From assembly GCA_048013815.1 (NCBI GenBank), contig CM106586.1:7874001-7938000 (forward strand): a stretch of 64,000 bases of DNA, written 5' to 3'. Both the position numbers and the translations under genes were made by a program. Shown here piece after piece: positions 35,095 through 44,943 of the stretch. The stretch comes from Setoptus koraiensis (lineage: Eukaryota; Animalia; Arthropoda). Position 1 is the stretch's first letter; every line of letters begins with the position of its first letter. The notes beneath the pieces were generated by a model. That model was not told the origin of the DNA, did no database searches, and worked only from the letters and a program-made list of their open reading frames with translations.

Positions 35095-36742
35095 TCAACC
35101 AACCACTCGTCCGTTTCCTTGTTGAGGTGGTCGAAATGAGTTTGGAAATGCTTGAGATGATCTCAATTGTGAGCCTTGCGCTTGTCCGCCCTGCTGATTG
35201 GCACCGTTTTGATTTCCGTCTCCTTGTGAGTTGCCTTGCTGATTAGAATTATTGTTGCCATTGGCGCCCCCCTCTGAGGTTTCCTCTTCGGCCGGAGTTG
35301 TGGTAGGTGGTGGCTCACTGATTGATGTGAATGATGGCGTTTGCATTTGGACCGAATTAGGAAGGAATTGTAAGACGAATGAGATGTCAAATGTTGAGAT
35401 AAAGGAACGATAACAATCACAAGATGAGCTATGGGTATTTGTACTCACCAGCCTGGAACTGTTGAGGCCAGTTCACATTTCAGTGTGGTTGGGTTCACTG
35501 CGAGACCGGCAGCGCAACGTTGCAATCTTGGATAACCGCCCACGCAGAGCCAGTATCTTACGCAAGACTTCTCTATGAACACCAGTCCGTTAGGAGTGTC
35601 TTTACAGATTGCTGTTTTGTTTAAATTTCGTGTGTAATTGTGGTTGACAATTTTGTTTGTTTGTTTGCGCCAGTTGGAAATAAGAAACAGTTGAGATTCG
35701 ATAAGAGTTTGGCCCAATTAATGAGCAATCTATGAGGTAAAATCAGGTTGGTTTGTTGGTTTTGTTTGTGCCAAACGTTTTCTGTTGGCCAACTTACGAT
35801 GCTTTTGACAATCGGGAACGTTATCCGGCCAATCGCATGAGTGTATGGCATCATTGTATAGTAGTGAGAATGGACATTGTTGAATGGTGGCCGTTCCATT
35901 CCAACAATGCCAATATCTGGTACATGAGGTGGCGTGAGGGAATACTCCGTATTGCCATTGGCAATTCTCAGAGGTGATGGCTTGCTCTGTGAATGGGACG
36001 ACGATTGTTGCGAGCAAATGTTGCTTGTTATTAGTTGTTGTTTGTATTTTGTTTTGTATAGAAATGCCCAAAAATGTAAATGTATGTGAGGGGCAGCAAT
36101 TATTGATTAAAGTTAACAAATTAACTTTGAGCGGCCGGCTCCCATTTGGGCGCTACTTACGTCCGATCACTCTGGTTCCGTCGGGACAAGACACGCGGTG
36201 CGGGTAGTCGCAATTGCTGGCCAATCCGCGACCCTTTCCGGCGAACGCCAAACCGTTGGGGCAAGCCTGTAAGACGGGTTCGTCTGTTGCCTGATCACAT
36301 TCGTAATAGTAATCACAATATTCTTCATGTGCAAACACGGCCCCACTTTTGCCCTTGTTGGCGCGACAAAAGTTTTGTGCGGCCTGTGACGCGGCGCGTT
36401 GCGCCGATACTGTTATGATTGACAAATGATGGACAGATTGTAATTAGTCAAGTCATTAGTTGATGCGTTCGTTGGTCAGTTGTGTCAGACTTGTGATAAA
36501 TTGTGCGACGATCATTGTGGTCAGTCATCGTAATGACGAAATCTTCACAATGACGCAATCATCAAGAAGGCGCATCGTGCCACCTTCGAGGGCACATTTG
36601 AACATTTGAACATTTGAACATTTGAGCGGAAGGGGAACGATTGCGCGACGGCGAGCGTCGCAACGTGCAATCGCGTCGGATAATTACCTAGACAAATGGT
36701 TATTTGTAGACATGCCAAAGCTAATAGAATATACCGACTCAT
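35095..36742 (-). CDS. Peritrophin-A-type obstructor/CPAP3 cuticle protein (signal peptide + 3 ChtBD2); exons 36742-36688, 36409-36161, 35986-35798, 35611-35449, 35317-35095
   Basis: Four GT-AG introns with matching phases join the signal peptide MSRYILLALACLQITICLVSA and three six-Cys domains. These include CQWQYGVFPHATSCTRYWHCWNGTATIQQC...HSCDWPDNV and KSCVRYWLCVGGYPRLQRC, characteristic of Peritrophin-A. Gln/Asn/Gly-rich tail. Confidence 0.92.
36594..36625. repeat. (ACATTTGA)4 tandem repeat in intron 1 of the Peritrophin-A gene
   Basis: Four exact 8-nt units. Confidence 0.9.
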
Positions 36743-38330
36743 GTTGGTATATTTGCTGTTGAACACACAATTGCTGCTGTTATTGTTATGCGCTGGCCAG
36801 TTGGTCGTGTTGCCAATGATGTCACTTGTTGCTGTTTGGTCACTTGTTGCTCACTGACTTGGTTGCTGTTGTTGGTTGGTTGGTGTTTCTTCTTCTATTG
36901 TTGTCTCGTTGATGGACAAACTCCGAATGAATGTGTCGGCCATTTATTGGCACCTTTTCTACGCTATGCGAGTGTCGCGATTTGGGCTCTCAACTTGGGG
37001 CAACCCCGACCAACTGTGGCAATTCTCACGCCGGCGCCACTGTCGCTGCGAGCCCGACACAGCAAGAGAGAGAGAGAGAGAGAGTTCGCAACGGAACAAG
37101 CCCGGCTCGTCATTAGGGGGCGACGTTGTCGAGCGGCCCAGTTGACCATTGCTCAGACATTTACACCGACACACACTTGTTTTAGGCGAGGCGGAGCCAC
37201 TCGAACGGCGTGCGTTTACGATCTCGATAAAATCCGCTCGCAACTTTGTCGGTGGTCACTCCCATCGATGGCTCGGTCAATGCAGCGGGAGCTTACGCTG
37301 GCCATAACAGGTGAGTTGGCGGACTGAATGGGAAAAGACATAAATGTGCATTGTGTTTGGCAAACAATAGTCAAGTATTGACAGAGTGAGAGAGAGCGAG
37401 CGAGAGCGAGAGAGGATATCATCAATTACCTGTTGCTGCTCGCTCATCACCGTTGTTCGCCATTCTTTTTCACATTTCACCTGGTGAAACTGACATAGAG
37501 CGAGCGAGCGAGCGAGGGAGAGAGATTCACCGACAACCGCAACAACTGGCTTGCATGCTTGTTTCAATGGTTGTCATGCCAACCCAGCACCATTAATACT
37601 GGCACTACAGCGCTATAACAACTGGCGCTAATTGAGCAGCGGCGCTACAGCTACAACAAGCAGCTACAGCACAACAGCCTGATGATAAATTGGAATTGTT
37701 ACGCAACAAATAAAACAACAACTGGCAAGAGGAGCGCGCAACTTTGCAGCGCCGGGCCGGCCAATTGCGTGAAGGAAGAGAAGGAAAGAACGAGCGAGCT
37801 TGCGAGAGAAAAAAGTCACCATTGGCGCTACGTCAATCTAACAATAGAAGCGATTACGATCAACTTTCCCTCTCGCCAGTTCGCAGCAGCTAACGGTATT
37901 TCTCGGCGGTTCTCTCGTTTCTTTTCACACACACAACAATCACGGAGATAACAACGGCAAGTGGCGCTGTTGAGCGAGAGTTGATAAGATTTTCTAGTTG
38001 CCACTAGCATCGTAAAGTGGTCAATCAAGATAAGACAGACGACACATAGACACTTATTGCTCGGCGTCATAATAGCACTACAGCGACGTTGCCAGCGACA
38101 GCAACGAGCCCGCCAACGGCAGCCCGAACGGAGACGCAGAAACACTTTTCAGGAGGAAGGGATTTATGGTAATGGCAATAATAATTTATGATATGTATTC
38201 CTACACACACACACACTTACACATTTGCAGCCAGCATCAGCGCCACATAAGCGGCCAAACAACAATTGATAATATTCAAATCCACTTGTTCTAACGCCAC
38301 TCGGTGTGCGTGTGCGTCGCCAAGACTCTG

Positions 38331-38403
38331 AACCGTTGGCCCAAACCGTTGGCCCGAACCGTTGGCGAGCTGGCCGGCCGGCCGGCCAGCTCGCCAACGG
38401 TTC
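38331..38403. repeat. 13-bp tandem repeat running into a perfect 48-bp palindrome (38356-38403)
   Basis: aaccgttggccc(a/g) at 38331 and 38344, then gaaccgttggcgagctggccggcc|ggccggccagctcgccaacggttc, an exact reverse complement with no spacer. Confidence 0.95.
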
Positions 38404-38622
38404 TAGTCGGGCGAAAGCGAATCGGGCAAACTGGACACTTGTCGTTGCGCGCCGGCTTAAGCTGGTTGGCAGCGCTTTGTTGTTGGTTGTCGTCGTTACA
38501 TAACAGTGTAACTTGATTAAACCAAAGATCAGCGCACTCGGCTGCGTGAACGTCAAGCGTGCCGCTGTAATTATATTGAGTTTCCGTTGTTGACCACATT
38601 GTGTAGGAGCGCTTTCGCTGTA

Positions 38623-38710
38623 CGCCTGTTCGCCTGTTCACTTGTCCACTTGTCCACTTGTCCACTTGTTCGCCAGTTCACCGGTTCACCTGTCCGCTCG
38701 TTCACCTGTC
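38623..38710. repeat. Degenerate 8-bp tandem array, 11 units (consensus about cRcYtgtY)
   Basis: cgcctgtt x2, cacttgtc x3, cacttgtt, cgccagtt, caccggtt, cacctgtc, cgctcgtt, cacctgtc in exact 8-nt register. Confidence 0.88.
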
Positions 38711-39174
38711 TTGTGTTGGGCCAACGCAAAGTTGCAACAACGGCAACGGCAACAGCGACAGCAACAACAGCGACGCCAACAACAGCAACAATTTATTTAT
38801 TGTTGGCCACTCGCAGGCTCGTTGATGGCGATGATGATGGCCCGCTGCAACATTTTGTCATAACTGGCAACAACATCAACTCTTCATCATTGCGTTCACC
38901 TGCCGCCGCCGCCGCCGTCGCTCTAACCGGGCTCGCCAACAGCATGTTGCAATTGAAACTTTCGTGATCCACGCCGAATCGCACAAATTGATTCTTTTTG
39001 CTTTCACACTACAAATCGTCGTCGCCATTACGTAACTGCATCTGTCGCTCGTTGCATTGTTTGCAGCGTCACGTCCGTGTCACGTAGCAGCGCCGTCACA
39101 AACAACAGGCTCACGATAATATCAATTGTGGGCCTAATTCACTTAGTCGTGCTCAGGCCGGCGCCGTTGCAGCT

Positions 39175-39206
39175 CGACAACCAAACCGACAACCAAACCG
39201 ACAACC
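39175..39206. repeat. 12-bp tandem repeat (cgacaaccaaac) x2.7
   Basis: Units at 39175, 39187 and a partial unit at 39199. Confidence 0.85.
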
Positions 39207-40627
39207 GGCACAATCGGCGGGCCGGCCGGCCTATCGCAGCAGGGCCAACCTTTCGCGCAACGGCTAAATCAAAGGCATTATCTGGTCACGACACAATCAA
39301 CTCATTGGCCGATTGTCGTGCTGGATACCACTAATGCTGCCGTTGTGGATGCTAGATGCCGGACACCACAGGTTGTTGTTTCGGGCCAACTTTAGCCTGC
39401 ACCAGCTCGGGCGTGTGTTTATATCATTGCGTCACATCAGTAGAGACGATTGTGTTGCTGCTGCCGCTGGACACAGAGGAGGAAAAAACGACACTGACCA
39501 GTGTCTAAAAATGGACTCCTTTTCCACTCAAACGCTTTCTTTGTGTTGGCTCGCTCGCTATCGCTGGCCGCTCGCTTAAACATTGTAAAATGTGTCTGAA
39601 ATTAATTGGGTGATATCTCACTCGGCTTGGCTTGGCTTGGCTTGGCTCGCCTCGCCTCGCCTCACCTTTTTCAATCACCCTGCCACAATGGCCAGATGGA
39701 TGGCATATTAGCTGGCTTGGGAATTCGCAGGCGAGAGTTCAATTGTGTGACGGTGCGAAGAAGCGGTTCACTTCATTACTTTTTGCACACAGCTACAACC
39801 AGCTCAGATTGTATCTTTCTCTCTCTCTCTCACTCTCTCAACTCTTCAATCAGTGTATCTCTGCTTTCTCTATATCCCTCTTCTCACACAATTATAAAGG
39901 AGAAGAGATCCCCCTTTCTTTGCGACTAGCCTCGTTAAAAGTATTACCCACACACACGACTGGCTGCAAAAACGGCGACGTAACAACGGTTTATAGTTAT
40001 TATTAACGGCTCAATTTGAAGCAAACTTTGTTTCAATTCTCATGTAATAAAATTAAGGTGCACTCTTTGGTCTCTTTCCTTGATCTGAGCACCGCTCTCT
40101 CTCTCTCTCTCTCTCTCTAATAGTGATTGCGGTTCGTGTATGGCGGTGGCGGTGGTTGTTGTGGCGACGCCGAGGTGATCCCAATTTGAACTGGCACATC
40201 ATTTGTTGCTTCATGTATATATATCAAGCACGAATTGAAAACAACGACGATAAGATCAACTTTTGTATCAACTCTTAAATCATGAAGCCGCCATCCTACT
40301 TGCTCACTCATCATCAAATGATTTATTATGAGCTCATGTGAAACAGGTAATAGCTGTTGTTGTCGTTGTAGTAAAATGATGATTTATGTGACTAGCTTAA
40401 TAACAGTCTAAGGAAGCCAGCATGATGTGATAAGATGCAAATATCTTCCTACGCCACACTCTGTCTATCTGTATCACCAATATATACAGTATCGATAAAA
40501 GGTATCGCTCAATCCACTTACGTTTATGTTCTTTTTGTTTTCATTCATATAAGCTGTGAGTAGTTGAATGAAGTAGTTTTGAACAATGAAGGGTAGTGTT
40601 AATTACGAATTTGTGCCAGCAAAAAGT

Positions 40628-40631
<4 letters not shown>

Positions 40632-40658
<27 letters not shown>
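40632..40658. repeat. (GA)n microsatellite; other GA/CT tracts at about 31160, 37067-37083, 37385-37415, 39817-39838 and 40096-40117
   Basis: Direct reading of the sequence. Confidence 0.85.
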
Positions 40659-40662
<4 letters not shown>

Positions 40663-40963
40663 TGCTTTGCCGCGAATGAGTGCAAACTTTTTTGTTTGCG
40701 AAATTGCGCGGTTTGCCAACCTGCCCGCAAAACAGTTTTCCTCACTTACTCTTCGCTGGTCCAAATGAAAAAAATTTGCACCAACATTCATGATTGGCAT
40801 GCAAATGATCTTTAAATAATGACAACGTTAGGTACCATGGGCCACGTGGACAATGGCAACAACAATGAAGTCTACAACAAACAACAAAGTGAACAGTAAT
40901 ATGAGAAACGATGAGTTTTATTTTTCTATAGATATTATATCAGCCGATCGATTAAACCTTGAA

Positions 40964-41584
40964 TCAATTAGGCCTATAACTAACAAATGGGGCTACACGG
41001 TGCACGTGGGTGGTGAATCCTCTGAGTTGGACATGTTCTCCGTCATTTATCAAGCGGGCATTTGTATCACTCCATTCACTATTTGGCAATTCTACATCTT
41101 TATCAGTATAAAGTAATATATCAAATGAGTGAGATCCCTCTAAGTTTGGCAAAAATGTCACGCTGGCTGTGATCTGGCGTACAACACCTCTGATACTGTC
41201 TTGAATCTCTTGTAGTTGCTCATGTTGATTATGTTGCTGCTGATATGTATTATAATAGGCATTTGGCCTCTCTAAATCAACATCAAACTGCCAACGTTCA
41301 ACAGTTTCCAAGGAATCAAGCTTGATTATAACCACGACTATTTTGTGTACGTTCTTATTGTGGAGGAAAACTCTCAGTTGGTTTAGGATAACATCAATAT
41401 AACGCTTTAATTCAGCATTGCTTGTCATCAGCAATGGTAAACCGTATTTCTCTTGTTGTATAAACGAATCAGCTGGGTATAGTCCGCGCTGGTACAAGAT
41501 GCTATTGATTCCATACTCGAAAAATTCACAGACTATGTCGATGCTGCCCTTGAGGCAAATGGCTCCGGATCCCTTTGAATTCAT
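40964..41584 (-). CDS. MAD2L1: Mitotic spindle checkpoint protein MAD2 (HORMA domain)
   Basis: LKGSIDIVCEFFEYGINSILYQRGLYPADSF, KYGLPLL, VERWQFDV, IRQITASVTFLP, FDILLYTD, FTTHVHRV. Confidence 0.96.
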   Translation of the reverse strand: MNSKGSGAICLKGSIDIVCEFFEYGINSILYQRGLYPADSFIQQEKYGLPLLMTSNAELKRYIDVILNQLRVFLHNKNVHKIVVVIIKLDSLETVERWQFDVDLERPNAYYNTYQQQHNQHEQLQEIQDSIRGVVRQITASVTFLPNLEGSHSFDILLYTDKDVELPNSEWSDTNARLINDGEHVQLRGFTTHVHRVAPFVSYRPN

Positions 41585-42128
41585 TTTATGGCAGGAATGT
41601 TTATTTATTTTTTATTTATTTGATAATATTTTTTGTTCTCATAAGGGTTTGTTGCTGTAATTACGTAAACGGTCACGTATTTATCGGGTCTGACTTACTG
41701 TGCATCGTTATTGTTGCCATCTGGCACAGATTTACAGTGTGTCACAACACTTCCTTGAAACACGTTGTCGGATTGGCCTGGTACTGGGTGTAATTTCATG
41801 AACTTTTGTACGCGAATAGCTTGTGCGTATTTCGGCCAGTTTTGTGCAGTCCATCTGATTGTTGCGCGAAAAGCGCCATCAAATACACAGGCACAAAATA
41901 ACGAAAGAGTGTTCTGTGCTAACGATCGATAAAAAGAAAGCACAAATAGGTATTTGAGCGTGAGCACAGAACATTTGTCACAAGACCGATTACAACCAGT
42001 CGCGTGTAACCCCGGCAATGTTTTCAATTGATTGGCTTGTTATAAACAATATTACAATAGCAGGATAGTAGCCCATCTATAACCCAAATCTACAATAGAA
42101 GGAAGTAGGCAAACAGTAAAACAAAACT

Positions 42129-43418
42129 ATGGACCTCAAATATACGTTCACTATGACCGAAAGGGATCAACAGATTCTTATTGGCATGGGTGACTCGATC
42201 AAATATGCCGATGTGCTCAAGTCGACCACTGACAAGACTAACATCAAAGAACAATCTAATAGCAAGATTGTCTTGTCATTGTTGGACAAAAAGAAAATGC
42301 AAGAGACCATATTGGCCTTCCCTCTAGACCTTCAGCTGATTTCTAGAGAGGCATACGCTTACCCGAACACCAGAGACAATCTGGAAGACATTTACGATGT
42401 TAGATTTATTATGCCGCTTATTTATCATTCGGTCTCACCTGCTCTACTCGTAGATTGTCGAACCTTCATCACCAAAAGAGCCTTATCTTTGACTATTGCG
42501 GGCCTATCCAGTCAAGACGATAAAATGAGATCCCTCTGTTACAAGATACTTGAAAGGTACTATAATCACCTTGAATCCTCACTCCAAATGGACAGACAAT
42601 TGTGGAAGATTTTCTTAGATCTCATCAGAAATAGTATACCTCAACCAAATCAACGCTTGACACCGTTATTTGGTATGTTTCTAATCAGAATAATAGACAT
42701 TTTGTTACACTCTACAGATCCATTGTATCAAATTATCAAAGAATTCCTATCAGGAATGCCTAAATTAGACATCACATCTATTGAACTCTACGACGATCTA
42801 ATATCTTGTCACGATGTCGAAAAATACGACTACAGTATGAGATGGGTGCTAACACTATTCAGGGATGGTATCAGAGATCGCACGGACCTGAAAATGGTAG
42901 GAAAGCTCAACCTCATACCCACGCTAATGTGCCTCTACAACTCTGAACTGCGCTTCAAGAGAGCCAACGAGGTCATACTGAGCATATTTTCTCGTTTAAC
43001 CCAAATTGGAGACAGAGGAATCAGTATACTGGTTAGAGGTTCCGCCTTCTTACCATGGTTAGATCAAGTTATGCATGGGTGCTTGGCACCAGATCTAGAT
43101 ATCAAGGATGACAAATCTGAAAGTTTATCCGACATTACTAGGATATTAGCCACAATAGTATTTAACATAATAGACAATCTACATGACAGGGAAGAAAATC
43201 AATTACATTCTTCCTCGTCTGTAGAATTGTTGAACGTCTATCTATCATTACACGACCTTATCTTGAAATCTGAGGAGTTACAAATTATGGTACATCACAA
43301 GTACTACGCTTCGCTCCTTTTGAAAATATTGAAGAAGGATTTAGCGATGACAGAAGAAGTAAAAAAAGCATACTTGAAACTGCTACGGACCAGACTCTGT
43401 TACTTGAGTAATGAATGA
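42129..43418 (+). CDS. URB1: URB1/Npa1 C-terminal (NopRA1) domain protein, only 429 aa
   Basis: YDVRFIMPLI...VDCRTFITKRALSLTIAGLSSQDDKMRSLCYKILERYYNHLE...LDLIRNSI...RWVLTLFRDGIRD aligns by eye with the C-terminal domain of URB1. Confidence 0.75.
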   Translation: MDLKYTFTMTERDQQILIGMGDSIKYADVLKSTTDKTNIKEQSNSKIVLSLLDKKKMQETILAFPLDLQLISREAYAYPNTRDNLEDIYDVRFIMPLIYHSVSPALLVDCRTFITKRALSLTIAGLSSQDDKMRSLCYKILERYYNHLESSLQMDRQLWKIFLDLIRNSIPQPNQRLTPLFGMFLIRIIDILLHSTDPLYQIIKEFLSGMPKLDITSIELYDDLISCHDVEKYDYSMRWVLTLFRDGIRDRTDLKMVGKLNLIPTLMCLYNSELRFKRANEVILSIFSRLTQIGDRGISILVRGSAFLPWLDQVMHGCLAPDLDIKDDKSESLSDITRILATIVFNIIDNLHDREENQLHSSSSVELLNVYLSLHDLILKSEELQIMVHHKYYASLLLKILKKDLAMTEEVKKAYLKLLRTRLCYLSNE

Positions 43419-44943
43419 ACTGTATATAGATCAATATACAATCGTTATCGAGTCAAGCCAACTAGCACTCGTCATGCTAATGTAATGCGTTCCATAATAA
43501 AATGCAAATGTTACCCGTAAATGATTGAGCAATATGTGTAGGCAAATCACCATATCATACGTAGACCTCATTCGATTACACTATAGGATATTCAACCTCA
43601 TGCAATATTATTCAACTTTATACCCCGGGAATTATCATATCTCTTTGATGCGTCATTAAATCATCATCTGGTTTAATTGATTCCTGGGAGATGATATAAA
43701 TCTTTCTATTTAAGCAAAGATTTCATTGTGAATTCTGATTGTCTGCATGTATTCTACCAACGGATGATACTTTATACTTTGTTTACATCATATATTCCCG
43801 AAAATTAAGCCTCACGGAGATATCACGTGTAACGATTACACAGGGATTTATGGTCGTAAATAGGGGGTACAGGTCACTAATAATAGGAAAATCTCTATAT
43901 TGCATTCGTCTAACTAAAACTTAAAAACAAAGCTCATCCATTCTACCGTTGGGTTTGTTAGCTAATAGATTAACTAATAAATGAGAGAAACAATAAACAA
44001 ATTGGTAGTCTGATTAGCACATTCATTCGTATATAATGGACGAAAGAGTTAGAGAAGGAGTTAGGAAAAGAGTTTTAGAGATTTCAATTTGCTTATCATT
44101 GGTCAAGGTCAGCGCGATAATGCAGTTGTTGTCGCGCTTTTTACCTACACAACAATTAAGAAAATAATGAAGAAACTGAGTTCGATTACATTGTATATTG
44201 TAGTGGCATTGTGAATGTTACTGTTTGTCATCATCAATATTACATTTATTACACGTATCAAGAGCACTTAACTAAATGAGTGATTAGCACATGTCAATAT
44301 GATTATGATACTAGTGATTTGCTCGTTGTCTGACGTTACATACATAACATACCAGCATCATCATCCTCATGTACTCACAGAGTTGTCAAACAAAGGCTTA
44401 ACAACTAACAATTAGTACAGGTAAAAATAGTTGGGTGGATATTAATTGCACTTGGCGACAGTTTCATGTGTGGTGCGATGAACAGTTACAGTTTTTTCAT
44501 GAATCAAGTTGGATAGCAGCGTAATTATGATAATGATTGAGACGACAACAGATCGATACATATATAAGTGCTCAAGATCGATCTTTTATGCTGTGTCACA
44601 TTTCCAATTCTAATTTTACCTGTTGTGTTAATTGATCATCATCATCATTGATTACAAGCCATTTTTGTTAATGTATAATCGGAGTTTTAATTGTTCCGTA
44701 AAGATAGTAGATACAGTTGAACTGTTCTAGCATACATAAATATATATACATATATATAGGACTCGCTTACACTAATTGTAATTGTCATCATTATCGTTGG
44801 CAACTATTTTAGCTGTATTTAAACAACAACAACAACAACAACAAAAGTGAGTGAAGAAGAGTTTCTCGAAAAATTCAAATATTCCATTCAACTGTAGTGG
44901 CAACCAATAAACTAATAAATAGAATATTGGAACTAAATCAAGG

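Noticed and set aside
31757-39206. Short direct repeats as a CRISPR array or transposon termini
   Set aside because: Eukaryotic context, no repeat-spacer periodicity, and no transposase, reverse transcriptase, TIR or TSD found anywhere in the window.
36788-40006. Many 60-180-aa ORFs in the repeat island, including 38291-38665 and a possible minus-strand exon ending at a GTAAGT donor at 38220
   Set aside because: Low-complexity, GC-rich repeats suppress stop codons, and I could not assemble a phase-consistent gene with a recognisable product. The 38220 donor could belong to a non-coding exon, but the sequence alone does not support a call.
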